Assembly (NCBI GenBank): GCA_963758295.1
Contig: CAVWUU010000001.1
Coordinates: 704,001 to 768,000 of the forward strand
From: Candidatus Eremiobacteria bacterium
GTDB lineage: Bacteria; Vulcanimicrobiota; Vulcanimicrobiia; Vulcanimicrobiales; Vulcanimicrobiaceae
Length of the DNA stretch: 64,000 nucleotides
Direction: 5' to 3'
Part shown: positions 37,254 to 47,190 of the stretch, piece by piece
Layout: the number at the start of each line of letters is the position of its first letter
Position numbering within the stretch: position 1 is the first letter of the stretch
Made by a program: the position numbers and the translations under genes
Notes under the pieces: model-generated
The model's database searches: none
What the model saw: only the letters and a program-made list of their open reading frames with translations
What the model was told of the DNA's origin: nothing

Positions 37254-37961
37254 TCAGGCGCTCGCCATCGTTAAACGCTTGAGTTGATCTGCCGTTACGC
37301 GGTAGCATTCGCAGGATTGAGTCTCGAGCATCGGCCGGTTCGTAATGGCGATCCGGCCGTGTCTGTATTTTATGCAGCCGGCATCTTGTAACGCGAGCGC
37401 GGCGGTCGTTACGGCCGGACGGTGCACTCCCAGCATGACGGCGAGAAACTCTTGCGTTAACGAGAACTCGTCGGAACGCGCGCGGTCGCCCGTCATTAGT
37501 AGCCAGCGCGCACATCGCTGTGCGATCGAATGCAAACGATTGCACGCGATGCTTTGGCCCATAATCGCGTAGTTCGCGTCGCCGAAACATTTGACGCGCC
37601 GGGTGAATTCCGCATCGTCACGCATCTTGGCTGCGAACGTGTCCATGGACATGCAATAAGCAATGCCTTTGATTTGACAGACGGTTTCCCAAGGTTGCGT
37701 GTCGTTTCCGAGGATCGCTTGAATGGGAGTCATCCCTTCCCAGCCGATGGTGCCGACCTCCACGAGCGCGCCGCTGAGCATCGCCATGACGTTCGAAAGC
37801 ACGGCGGTTACTGGAAAAAACACCTCGGAGATCGCCACGTTCGGTTGATGAACGACGCTCCCGACGCGTAATTCTTTTAAACTCGACACTCCAAAGATCG
37901 TGTCGAGTTCATTGGCTTGCAATGACTGCAATAGCCAATTTCCCGATGGCGGATTATCCAT
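37254..37961 (-). CDS. Crp/Fnr family transcriptional regulator
   Basis: EVGTIG.EG, ACNRLH..QRCARWLL, LTQEFLAVMLGVHRPAVT. Confidence 0.9.
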   Translation of the reverse strand: MDNPPSGNWLLQSLQANELDTIFGVSSLKELRVGSVVHQPNVAISEVFFPVTAVLSNVMAMLSGALVEVGTIGWEGMTPIQAILGNDTQPWETVCQIKGIAYCMSMDTFAAKMRDDAEFTRRVKCFGDANYAIMGQSIACNRLHSIAQRCARWLLMTGDRARSDEFSLTQEFLAVMLGVHRPAVTTAALALQDAGCIKYRHGRIAITNRPMLETQSCECYRVTADQLKRLTMASA

Positions 37962-38001
37962 ACGGGCTTCCTCTGCGGCTTCTTGTCCCTTAGTATAGCA
38001 C

Positions 38002-39099
38002 TTACGCGACTTTTGCAGCCGATAGGCTCTCGCGCAATTTCCGCGTCGTGCGCTTTTGCGGCGTCTCTTTGGCGCGGCGTTTCAAGAAAGTAACGACGAA
38101 ATGTTCTTCCGGCAGAAGTCCTTTACGCGCTCTGCCGCGCAACGCCGCACCGAGCGACCCTTCTTCCGAATAAGCCTCCAACACCTCCGGGTGGATATAG
38201 CTTTTTTTGCATACCGCGGGCGTATTTCCGAGGCGCTCCGCGACTTGCTTGATTGCTTCCGTCATGCGACTCTTTCGTTCCGCTTGCGTTTCCGCGGGCT
38301 CCATGCCGGAAAGAAGCAAGCCGCACTGAACTGTGCCGACCCACGTTCGAAAATCTTTCGCGGTGAAATCACCGCCGGAAATTTCGCGAATGTAGTCGTT
38401 GACGTCGGCTGACGTGACATCGCGTGCCGTGCCGTCGCCGTCAACATAGCCGAAAAGTTCTTGCCCGGGCAAATCTTGGCAGGCGCGCACGACCTTCGCA
38501 AGCCGCCTGTCGCGCAGCGAGATCGCGTGCTTAATGCCGCTCTTGCCCTTGAAGCTGAACCGAACCGTATCGCCTTGTACCTTTGCGTGCGAATTGCGCA
38601 TGGTCGTCAGTCCATAGGAGTCGTTCTCGCGCGCATACTGATCGTTGCCGATGCGGATCGTCGTCGACTCCAAGAGTTGGACGACCGCGGCGAGGACTTT
38701 TTCGCGCGGCATCCCCTCGCGCTTCAAATCACGCTCGACGGTCTGCCGGATCCGCGGAAGCGCACTCGCGAAGTCGAGCATCCGATGGTATTTCGTTTCG
38801 TCCCGGGCTTCGCGCCATTTCGCGTGGTAGCGGTACTGCTTGCGCCCCCGGGCATCGCGGCCCGTAGCCTGAATGTGGCCGTTCGCATACGGGCAGATCC
38901 AGACGTCGATGTAGGCCGGCGGCACCGCCAGCGCCCGGATTCGCGCCAGCTGGTCCTTGTCGCGGACCGGTTTCCCGTCCGGCCCAGTATAGGAAAACCG
39001 CTTTCCGCGGCCGGCCCGGCGGATACCCGGCAGCTCGTCGGAAACGTAACGTAAGCCGGCTTCCCGGGCAAGCACTGATGCGTCTTGGTCCACGCCCAT
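38002..39099 (-). CDS. bacterial DNA topoisomerase IB
   Basis: GRDARGRKQYRYH, IRIGN..Y, FKGKSG, TAKDFRTW, LGNTPAVCKKSYIHP (catalytic Tyr); ORF trimmed to ATG 39099. Confidence 0.93.
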   Translation of the reverse strand: MGVDQDASVLAREAGLRYVSDELPGIRRAGRGKRFSYTGPDGKPVRDKDQLARIRALAVPPAYIDVWICPYANGHIQATGRDARGRKQYRYHAKWREARDETKYHRMLDFASALPRIRQTVERDLKREGMPREKVLAAVVQLLESTTIRIGNDQYARENDSYGLTTMRNSHAKVQGDTVRFSFKGKSGIKHAISLRDRRLAKVVRACQDLPGQELFGYVDGDGTARDVTSADVNDYIREISGGDFTAKDFRTWVGTVQCGLLLSGMEPAETQAERKSRMTEAIKQVAERLGNTPAVCKKSYIHPEVLEAYSEEGSLGAALRGRARKGLLPEEHFVVTFLKRRAKETPQKRTTRKLRESLSAAKVA

Positions 39100-39219
39100 G
39101 GTATACCCGAAAAGGGCCACCCTTTCGGCAGGCGCTTCTTGGGGGTTGCGCTTATAATGGTGGTAATCTGGGGGCGCAATTCGGGCCCCCTTCCACGTCC
39201 CTGCGGGGTTGTAAGCGAC

Positions 39220-39699
39220 ATGCGGATCAAATACGAGGTGTCGGCGGGTGGGCTGGTCTTGCGGCGTCGCGAGTCCGGCTTCGATGCGCTGTTGATCGGC
39301 CGCGGAACGCCGCGCATATGGACATTGCCGAAGGGGCACGTGGAAGCACGTGAATCCAACGAACAAGCCGGATTGCGCGAAGTCCGTGAAGAGACGGGAT
39401 GCTGGGCGGAGCTGATCACTCGCTTGAACGAAATCTCCTACTGGTTCTACGTTGGAAAAGCCAAGCATAAGAAGTCGGTGACGTTCTTCTTGATGCGTTA
39501 CTTGTCGGGCGACACCGCGAATCACGACCATGAAGTCGACGAAGCGCGATGGTTCGAGGTGATGGCGGCTCGCAAAGCGCTCAAGTACGTCAACGAGAAG
39601 CGCCTTGTCGATATGGCGCTCGACTACATCAATACCAATCCCGCTGCCTTCGGCGATCTTCCGATCGTCGCAAGAACGGCCGAACAGAAGAGCTCTTGA
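39220..39699 (+). CDS. NUDIX hydrolase
   Basis: SAGG, WTLPKGHVE..E...AGLREVREETG. Confidence 0.9.
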   Translation: MRIKYEVSAGGLVLRRRESGFDALLIGRGTPRIWTLPKGHVEARESNEQAGLREVREETGCWAELITRLNEISYWFYVGKAKHKKSVTFFLMRYLSGDTANHDHEVDEARWFEVMAARKALKYVNEKRLVDMALDYINTNPAAFGDLPIVARTAEQKSS

Positions 39700-40526
39700 A
39701 CGAAGTCACGACCACCGGCGCTCTGGCGGATGAAGCTGCGGCGAATCCCGTCCAGGGCGAGCAGCAGCATGCCGCGGAAACGAACCAGACTCCCGAAAAC
39801 GCGCTGCGCGTGCAGCTCGACGTTTTCGACGGACCGCTCGATTTGCTGCTGAGCCTCATCAAAGAACAACAGCTTGATATCGCAACCGTTCCGCTTGCGA
39901 CCGTAGCGGAGCAGTATCTCAGCTACGTTCGAATGATGGACGAGCTCGACGTCGAGGTGGCAGCCGAATATCTCGTCATCGCCGCAACGCTCGTGTTCTT
40001 GAAGTCCAAGGCGCTGCTGCCGCCGATCCCGCAAGAGTTCGTCGACGAGACCGAAGAGAGCCCGGAGCAGGTCGAAGAGCGTTTGCGCCGCCGCTTAATC
40101 GCCTACTCGAAATATCGCGAGCTCGGCGTTCAATTGAAGGCACGTCAGGACGAGGCCAGCGGCTTCTATTTCCGCGATGCGGGCGATCCGACCACCGAAG
40201 TCGTTCAGCGTTATCGCGTCGATCCGGAAAAGCTCAAGCGGGCGTTCCTCGCGATGCTTAGCCAAGCTCGTCCGGAAAAACGCGAGATCGTTCGCGAACG
40301 GGTCTCCTTGATCGCGCAGATGGATTACATATCGCGCCAGATCAAGGAACACGGCGAAGTAATGTTTTCCTCGCTGTGCCACGAGCTGGGGATGACACGC
40401 GAAGTCATCATCATTACGTTCCTCGCGATTCTCGAACTCGTTCGCCGCAATCGAGTGGCTTTCGAGCAGCCGGACCTCTTCGACGACATCCGGCTCTTCC
40501 CGATCCCAACTCCCACCGAAGGGTAA
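39696..40526 (+). CDS. scpA: segregation and condensation protein A (kleisin)
   Basis: FDGPLDLLL.LI, AEYLVIAATL..LKSK.LLP, TFLAILEL; TTG start overlapping the NUDIX stop. Confidence 0.93.
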   Translation: MNEVTTTGALADEAAANPVQGEQQHAAETNQTPENALRVQLDVFDGPLDLLLSLIKEQQLDIATVPLATVAEQYLSYVRMMDELDVEVAAEYLVIAATLVFLKSKALLPPIPQEFVDETEESPEQVEERLRRRLIAYSKYRELGVQLKARQDEASGFYFRDAGDPTTEVVQRYRVDPEKLKRAFLAMLSQARPEKREIVRERVSLIAQMDYISRQIKEHGEVMFSSLCHELGMTREVIIITFLAILELVRRNRVAFEQPDLFDDIRLFPIPTPTEG

Positions 40527-40529
40527 CCC

Positions 40530-41378
40530 GTGGATACCGACGTTTTGGAAACCGAAATGGACGTGCAAGAGGCTTCCGTCGAGCAGCCCGTGCTGGATGA
40601 AGAAGCCCAAGCGCTGCATGCGGCGGCGGATGCCGTCATGCCGGCCGTCGAGGCATTGCTTTTCGTTGCGAGCGAACCGCTTGAAACGAAGCGCATTGCT
40701 AAGCTGACGGGCGAAGACGAAATAGCCATCGCCCTTGCGGTTCAGCGACTGGAAGAACGCTACAGCGAAGGCGGCATCGTTTTGCGTGAAGTCGCGGGCG
40801 GATACCGTTTCGCAACGTCTTCGTCCGTACGCGACGTGGTCGAAGCTTATTTGCTGCCGCCGAAGTCGTCGCTCTCCGCGCCGGCTCTGGAAACGCTGGC
40901 GATTGTCGCGCACATGCAGCCGGTTACGAAAAGCGAAATCGAGGCCATTCGCGGCGTGAACTCCGACAGCGTCGTAAACACGCTCATCGATCGGAGCCTG
41001 ATAGCAGAGGCAGGACGCAAAGACGTCGTCGGGCGGCCGATGCAGTACAAAACGACCGCGGTTTTCTTGGAATCGTTCGGACTCAATTCGCTCGACGATC
41101 TTCCGCAGCTCGAGCTTGAGCCGGGCCAGCCGCTGGAATTGAATCTTCTGGCTGCAGCGCAAACGCAAGCAGCGGCAACTGAAGAAACGCCGCAGCCGGC
41201 AGAAGAAGCCGCGGAACAGCCTGCAGCGCAAGCCGAGCAACTCGCGGAAGAACCGCGAGAATCCGAAGCAACCCAAGGAACGTCTGCGGAAGAAACGTCT
41301 GCAATAAAATCGCAAATCGAACAACCGCTGTTGCAAGACGCGCGCCCGGACGAGAACGAAGAGCCTCAAGAATCCTAA
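40530..41378 (+). CDS. scpB: segregation and condensation protein B, with acidic C-terminal tail
   Basis: VEALLF, VAGGY, LS..ALETLAIVA..QPVT..EIEAIRGV, GRP..Y.TT..FL..FGL. Confidence 0.94.
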   Translation: MDTDVLETEMDVQEASVEQPVLDEEAQALHAAADAVMPAVEALLFVASEPLETKRIAKLTGEDEIAIALAVQRLEERYSEGGIVLREVAGGYRFATSSSVRDVVEAYLLPPKSSLSAPALETLAIVAHMQPVTKSEIEAIRGVNSDSVVNTLIDRSLIAEAGRKDVVGRPMQYKTTAVFLESFGLNSLDDLPQLELEPGQPLELNLLAAAQTQAAATEETPQPAEEAAEQPAAQAEQLAEEPRESEATQGTSAEETSAIKSQIEQPLLQDARPDENEEPQES

Positions 41379-41388
41379 AAGACATCCA

Positions 41389-42120
41389 ATGACGACGTAC
41401 GACGAACTCTCTGAAAGCTACGACGCCGGGCGCGTCGGCTATGCGAGCGATCTCTACAACACCCTTGTCGAATACGGCCTGTCACCTTCGCAGAACGTCT
41501 TAGACGTTGGCTGCGGCACGGGTCTCGCAAGCGCTCCGCTCGTGCAAAATGATTATGACGTCACCGGCTTGGATATTTCGGAACCGATGCTCGCCCACGC
41601 GCGCGCCCGGTATCCCGAAGCGCGGTTCGTTAAAGGCTCTGCCGAGTCGCTTCCGTTCGAAGCCCAGTCTTTCGATATGGTAATCAGCGCGCAAGCGCTG
41701 CACCACGTGGATCGCAGCGCGGCCATGCGAGAAATCGTTCGAGTTCTGAAACCGCACGGCATCGTCGCCGTTTGGTGGAAGTACCTCATGAGCGACGATG
41801 CCGCCAAGCTGCTGCGCGACGAAACCATGCGGGAACTCGGAGCCGAACCGCCCCTATCAGGTCTAAAGGGCGGCTTCAGGGAATTTTACGCTGCGCCGTT
41901 GCGCGAGCATTCACTGCGCGTCATTCCATGGCGCTCCTCGATGCCGCTCTCGAAGTACATTCAGTACGAACGTTCGCGCAAGAGCGTCCGGGATGCGCTC
42001 GGCGGCAATGCCGAGGAGTATTACTACAAGCTCCAAGAGCGCATGGAGGCCGCGTTTGGTGCCGGGGATCCGATGGTTCCACTGGCATACACGCACTATC
42101 TCTATCTCGGAAAGAAGTAG
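41389..42120 (+). CDS. class I SAM-dependent methyltransferase
   Basis: VLDVGCGTG, GLDIS..ML, SFD.V, RVLKP.G. Confidence 0.9.
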   Translation: MTTYDELSESYDAGRVGYASDLYNTLVEYGLSPSQNVLDVGCGTGLASAPLVQNDYDVTGLDISEPMLAHARARYPEARFVKGSAESLPFEAQSFDMVISAQALHHVDRSAAMREIVRVLKPHGIVAVWWKYLMSDDAAKLLRDETMRELGAEPPLSGLKGGFREFYAAPLREHSLRVIPWRSSMPLSKYIQYERSRKSVRDALGGNAEEYYYKLQERMEAAFGAGDPMVPLAYTHYLYLGKK

Positions 42121-42123
42121 TCC

Positions 42124-42972
42124 ATGCGGATTGGACTGCACGTTCGCATGTCGGGCGGCTATGCTTCGGCCGTCGAGCGCGCGACCGAACTCGGCTGTAC
42201 GGCGATGCAAATTTTTTCCAGTAATCCGCGCAGCTACCGGCCGAGCAAAATGGACCTTCCGGGTCTGCAGGCGTTCGCTGAAATGCGAAGGAGTGCCGGC
42301 CTCGATCCGTGCGTGATTCACACGCCGTATCTGATCAATCTCGCCAGTGAAGACCCGAAGGTCTTGAACGGATCGATTGGGCTTTTGAAGAACGATCTCG
42401 CAACGGCGGCTCGCGGCCATATCCGGTACGTCAACACGCATCTCGGCTCGTACGGAAAGCGCGATCGCAACGAAGGATTTGCGGCGATCTGCAATGCGCT
42501 GGAAACGGTCCTCGAAGACATCGACGAAAACGTCGTCCTGGTGCTCGAAAACTCGGCCGGTGCGGGAAGCCTCGCGGGCGGCACGATCGAGGAACTCGGC
42601 CGCTTTGTGAACTCCGTCGATCATCCGCAGCTTGGAGTGTGCCTCGATACGGCGCACGCATGGGCAGCGGGATACGAAATCAATTCGAAGGCCGGTGTCG
42701 ATCGCTTCATCGGCGAGGCGGAAGAGAAGATCGGTCTCGAGCGTTTGCACGTGTTTCACTTCAACGACACGGAAGTGCCGCTTGGCGCCGCGCGAGATCG
42801 TCATTTTCATATCGGCCAGGGTCAAATCGGCTTCGAGGGATTCCGCGCGTTACTCGCTCATCGAGAACTGAGCGACAAAACGGCGATTCTCGAAACGCCC
42901 GGCGAAGATGCCGACGACGAGCGCAACGTTCAAACGATCCTAGCCATCGAGCGCGGGCTTCGAGCCGCCTAG
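42124..42972 (+). CDS. nfo: endonuclease IV
   Basis: IGLHV, QIF..NP, HTPYLINLAS, LENSAG, CLDTAH, HFND, DRH, LETP. Confidence 0.94.
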   Translation: MRIGLHVRMSGGYASAVERATELGCTAMQIFSSNPRSYRPSKMDLPGLQAFAEMRRSAGLDPCVIHTPYLINLASEDPKVLNGSIGLLKNDLATAARGHIRYVNTHLGSYGKRDRNEGFAAICNALETVLEDIDENVVLVLENSAGAGSLAGGTIEELGRFVNSVDHPQLGVCLDTAHAWAAGYEINSKAGVDRFIGEAEEKIGLERLHVFHFNDTEVPLGAARDRHFHIGQGQIGFEGFRALLAHRELSDKTAILETPGEDADDERNVQTILAIERGLRAA

Positions 42973-42976
42973 CCTT

Positions 42977-44065
42977 ATGTTCGTCGCGCACTTCGACATC
43001 GACGCCTTTTATGCAAGCGTCGCTGTGCGCGACAATCCGAGCTTGCGAGGAAAGCCGGTCGCGATTGCCGGCGACCACCGCCGGTCGGTTGTTTTGACCG
43101 CCTCGTACGAAGCGCGTCCCTTCGGCGTAAAATCGGCGCTGCCGTTGTATCGCGCGCTTGAGCTGTGTCCGCAACTCATCGTGGTGCGCCCGGACATGGC
43201 AAAGTATAAACTGATTTCGCGCGAAGTCTTCGGCGTTTTCAGCGCGCGCGGGCACGCGGTCGAAAGTCTTTCCATGGACGAGGCGTTCGTCGCTTGCGGC
43301 GACGTGTCGCTGGACGAGGCCATTTCACTAGCACGAACCGTTCGCGACGAGGTCCTTGAAAAAACCGGCTTGACCGTAAGTGCCGGCGTTGCAAGCGGAA
43401 AGCTCATCGCAAAAATCGCCTCCGACAATTGTAAACCAAATGGGTTGCTTGCGATCGCACCAGGGGACGAAGAAGCGTTTCTTGCACCTTTGCCCGTTGG
43501 GCGGTTGTGGGGCATCGGCCCGAAGACGGCGATGCGATTGCAGACGCTCGGCATCACGACCATCGGTGAAGTCGCCGCGCTCGACGATGCGCGAGCGAAA
43601 ACCGTCTTCGGCTCCTGGGGACCGGAAGTGCGCGACCTCGCGCGCGGCATCGATCGCCGTGCCGTTGAACCGGAACGTGAAACGAAGTCGATTTCCACCG
43701 AGGAAACATTCGAGTACGACGTCCGCGATTCGCGCAAGCTCATCGAGTTGCTTAAAGAGCAGGCTCGCGAGCTGGCAACGAAGCTCGAACGCGAGGACTG
43801 CAGCGCTTCGACGGTCGGCGTAAAAATCAAACGCGCGGATTTTCGCGTGTTCGGCCGTCAGACGCATCTGCTTGAGCCGACACGCGATGCGCGACGAATC
43901 TTTCGTGCCGCCCTGTACTGCTTGCAGCGGGCTGGGTTGCACGGAACGCCCGTGCGGCTTCTTGGCTTACGCGTCGCGTCGCTTTCGATGGGAACGCCGA
44001 AACAGATCAGCTTCTTCGATGCAGCGCCGGAAAGAACGCCGGCGGCACCGCAACGCCCCTTGTAA
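42977..44065 (+). CDS. dinB: DNA polymerase IV
   Basis: HFDIDAFYASV, ASYEAR.FGV, SMDEAF, AKIASD..KP.G, VRLLGL. Confidence 0.94.
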   Translation: MFVAHFDIDAFYASVAVRDNPSLRGKPVAIAGDHRRSVVLTASYEARPFGVKSALPLYRALELCPQLIVVRPDMAKYKLISREVFGVFSARGHAVESLSMDEAFVACGDVSLDEAISLARTVRDEVLEKTGLTVSAGVASGKLIAKIASDNCKPNGLLAIAPGDEEAFLAPLPVGRLWGIGPKTAMRLQTLGITTIGEVAALDDARAKTVFGSWGPEVRDLARGIDRRAVEPERETKSISTEETFEYDVRDSRKLIELLKEQARELATKLEREDCSASTVGVKIKRADFRVFGRQTHLLEPTRDARRIFRAALYCLQRAGLHGTPVRLLGLRVASLSMGTPKQISFFDAAPERTPAAPQRPL

Positions 44066-44077
44066 GTGCACGCCGGC

Positions 44078-45037
44078 TTAAATGTGATCGGGACTCCAGA
44101 CGCCGTCGCCGGCGCGCGGTGCGGATGCTTCTGCGATCCAGCGTTGCGCGATCTTCGATAATGGGGCAGCCATCAAGATCGCATCTTTTCGTTTGCGCAC
44201 CGAGGCTTTCGGAAGCACTTCTCTTGCGCCTTCGGGCGGAAGCCATCCCGTGACGCGCTGCAAGTCTCCCGCGGCGCTGCGCAATAACGGACCGACTAAG
44301 TCGCGTGCTTGATCGTCGGCGAAGCCGAACTCGTCAAGGAGATATGCATCGTATTCCGGAGCGCGCAAGCCTAAGACGTAAGCGGCGATTCCTCGTCCGC
44401 GGCGGACTACTAAATTCGTCTGAACGCCTATGGGGTGTTCCGATCGTTGGCGCATCCGCAGAAGAATCCAATCCCACACGAGTGGCGTACGCACAAATCC
44501 CCATGCACGCGATCGTTCGTCGAGATCGTAGCAGCGCTTGACGCCGCTCCAATCGCCTTCTTCCATCGTGCGAACTTCAATGCGCGCTTTCGGCAACGTA
44601 TCGGCGCGTAACGAGATCGCGCGCGACGGCAGCGGCACGAAGCCGATGTCCTGATAAAACTCCGGCCGAATGTCCGAGAAGAGGTACGCCAGGTCGAAGC
44701 CTTCAGCGCGCGAGCTGTCGAGGATCGAGGCAATCATGGCACTCGCATATCCTCGGCCACGAAATTCGGGCGGCGTAAACACCGCGCCGATCCCGACAGC
44801 CTGCAAACGATGCGCGCCGAAATGAATCGTACGCTGATACCGCTTGATGGAAGCCACGAGCGACGTTCCGTCGTAGAAGCCGACGGTTCGATAATGGCGC
44901 CGTCCGTAACCGCTGCGCGCTACTTCTTTCGTATGCGAGACGTAGCTTTCGAAATCACGCCGGCCTGCCCAGAGTTCTGCCGTATGGGGAAGCACCTCGC
45001 GTGCGTAGTCGTCGAACGGAATGTCGGCAAGACGCAT
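44078..45037 (-). CDS. GNAT acetyltransferase, Eis-like tandem GNAT
   Basis: GIGAVFTPPEFRGRGYAS, LFSDI..FY..GF; second GNAT-like half. Confidence 0.8.
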   Translation of the reverse strand: MRLADIPFDDYAREVLPHTAELWAGRRDFESYVSHTKEVARSGYGRRHYRTVGFYDGTSLVASIKRYQRTIHFGAHRLQAVGIGAVFTPPEFRGRGYASAMIASILDSSRAEGFDLAYLFSDIRPEFYQDIGFVPLPSRAISLRADTLPKARIEVRTMEEGDWSGVKRCYDLDERSRAWGFVRTPLVWDWILLRMRQRSEHPIGVQTNLVVRRGRGIAAYVLGLRAPEYDAYLLDEFGFADDQARDLVGPLLRSAAGDLQRVTGWLPPEGAREVLPKASVRKRKDAILMAAPLSKIAQRWIAEASAPRAGDGVWSPDHI

Positions 45038-47190
45038 TATTCGACGATGGAGACGCCGGGAAGGCGCGCGTTGCGCAGCTCTTCGAGAAATTCCGGTGCG
45101 GACGTCCCGCGTGTTGCGCGGCCCGACGCCGTTACGAGCAATTCGCCGCTCGAACGGCGCATCGCATACACGAATGCGCGTCGTTCTTCGGCGTTATAAT
45201 GCTCGCGCACTTTCGACGAGAAAAGATAATAGCTGAATTTAGCGGTGCGGGAAGCACGTGCGTCGCCGACGTTGTCCTTCGGGATCATTCCCAGCTTCGG
45301 ACTGAACATGAACGAGTCGGGCACGTACCACCGCGGAAACGATCCGGCGCGCGCATCGGGAAGCACTACGTAGCGGAAGCTGCGGCCGCGTGCGGCGTCG
45401 ATCGAGAGGATGCGTACGAAGCCCGACGTCGCCGAATCTTCGCATGCTTCGAGATCGCTCGCGGCACGTGCGTCGGCGTAAGCCAAAATGTCACCCAGAT
45501 TTGCGGCCGGATTCCGTTCTGCGTAGTGCGTGAGCCGCTCCAACAACCGGGCGAGGATCAAGCGTTGCGCCGACACGCGAGCTGATCTGGGCGGGCCCTC
45601 CGGCGCGAGGCCTTCGCTCCATACCAGGCGGACGAAATCGGCGAACGGCAGCGCGCACATTGCGCCCACCCAACCTTCGCGTTGCGAGCGGAAGCGCCGG
45701 ACGCGCTCGCACGCCACATCGGTCAGCGCACCATCCTGCTCTCCGCGAATCACATTCCACCCAAGACGGAGATCGCGCTTGGGGTCCCAGCGCCCCGAGC
45801 GTTGCGTCGGCGGATTCTCTTCGTCGATCTGAAACAGGGCCGTCTGCGCGTTGGGCGGTTCAGAGCACAGCTTCGAAACGCTCGAATCCGAAAGCGCGAG
45901 CGCGTGACCGGAAAGCGTGCGCAGCATCCAGGCGTGCTTGAACGGGTCCCAGACGTTCCACAGCAGGCCGAGCGCATCGAGCACGCGTTTGTCGCCGAAG
46001 ATGTTGAAATCGCCGGCCGCAATAACCGGCACATTTCTTTCCAGAAGCGCTTCTTCGTACGCATGCACGTCCGCGGTCGAGCGAAAGACGAGCGCTACGT
46101 CATCAGGCGCAATGCCGCGATCGAGCGCTTCCCGTACGCGAAGCGCAATGAACTTTGCTTCGTCGTCTTCGGATTTCGCGCGATGCAACACGATTGCCGG
46201 AGCAACGTTCGAGGCGGCAATGCGCTCCGTTTCCGCGCACAACCGGCGGCTCGCAATTTCGAGCGCAAGCGGGCTGCGGCGTTGTTCGGTAAGCACCACT
46301 CGAACGGTAGCCGCGGCAAAGGCGTGTTCCGGGCGGGCGCCTCGGAACGTATTCGTTGCGCTTGCCGGATCGCCGGCGAGCGTAACGCCCAACAGGTTCG
46401 GACTGTAAACCGCTTGCAGCAAAGACGTTTGCGCCGGCGTCAAGTCTTGCGCTTCATCCACGAACGCAAGCCGGTGGCGTTCCCGTAAGGCGGCGGCGAT
46501 GTGAGGAGTCATGCACGCGAGCGCATGCGCCACGGCATCACGGGCCGTTAGCGTCTTACGGGCTTCCAGCGTTTTGATGTAAGTGCCGTATAACTGCGCT
46601 AAGATCTTCGCGAGATCGACTTCACGCCGGTACTGGCGCTGAAGTTCGCGTACGTCGACGTCAAGCGAATCGCGATACGCATCTTTGGTTCCGTGAATGA
46701 GATCGGGATGCGCGAAATTTGGCGGCTTCGCATAAAAATTGGTCGCTCCCGTCAGCGAGGCGTCCAGAAAGCGCGCCGGGTCGATGGCCGCATCGCGCAA
46801 TTTTCTAAATAAACGGAACGCTGAAACGAGGAAGCGTTCGGGAGAGCGAAGACCGGGAATTTCCGGATCCAGCTGGCCCGCGGTAAATTCGTCCCATTCG
46901 AGCGCGAAGAGCTTTTCCGCCGCCCCGGCAAAGATCAGCTCCGCTTCGACATCGTCGATCAGCGTGATAGGGTCGCCCGCTTCCGCCAAAACCAGCTTCG
47001 CGAGTTCGACGAGTTCCCCGGGATGCGAAAAAAGAAGTGTCGAGGTCCAATTTTCAGCGCGCGCCCGTCTAAGACGAGCGTTCAGCGCAGTGGATTTTCC
47101 GGTCCCTGGTGCGCCGGCGATAACCACGCAGGCGTCCCACGCCGCGTCGATCGCCTCGCGTTGCGCGCCGTCGACTTCGTAAGAAATCAT
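45037..47190 (-). CDS. UvrD/AddA-like SF1 helicase, compact, no nuclease domain
   Basis: GAPGTGKS, VDEAQD, GDPASATNTFRGA, LTEQRRS, SIDAARGRSF, EERRAFVYAMRRS. Confidence 0.8.
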   Translation of the reverse strand: MISYEVDGAQREAIDAAWDACVVIAGAPGTGKSTALNARLRRARAENWTSTLLFSHPGELVELAKLVLAEAGDPITLIDDVEAELIFAGAAEKLFALEWDEFTAGQLDPEIPGLRSPERFLVSAFRLFRKLRDAAIDPARFLDASLTGATNFYAKPPNFAHPDLIHGTKDAYRDSLDVDVRELQRQYRREVDLAKILAQLYGTYIKTLEARKTLTARDAVAHALACMTPHIAAALRERHRLAFVDEAQDLTPAQTSLLQAVYSPNLLGVTLAGDPASATNTFRGARPEHAFAAATVRVVLTEQRRSPLALEIASRRLCAETERIAASNVAPAIVLHRAKSEDDEAKFIALRVREALDRGIAPDDVALVFRSTADVHAYEEALLERNVPVIAAGDFNIFGDKRVLDALGLLWNVWDPFKHAWMLRTLSGHALALSDSSVSKLCSEPPNAQTALFQIDEENPPTQRSGRWDPKRDLRLGWNVIRGEQDGALTDVACERVRRFRSQREGWVGAMCALPFADFVRLVWSEGLAPEGPPRSARVSAQRLILARLLERLTHYAERNPAANLGDILAYADARAASDLEACEDSATSGFVRILSIDAARGRSFRYVVLPDARAGSFPRWYVPDSFMFSPKLGMIPKDNVGDARASRTAKFSYYLFSSKVREHYNAEERRAFVYAMRRSSGELLVTASGRATRGTSAPEFLEELRNARLPGVSIVE

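Noticed and set aside
41150..41378. Repeat-like ScpB tail and the Pro-rich repeats at 54380-54440
   Set aside because: Low-complexity coding sequence, not a DNA repeat array
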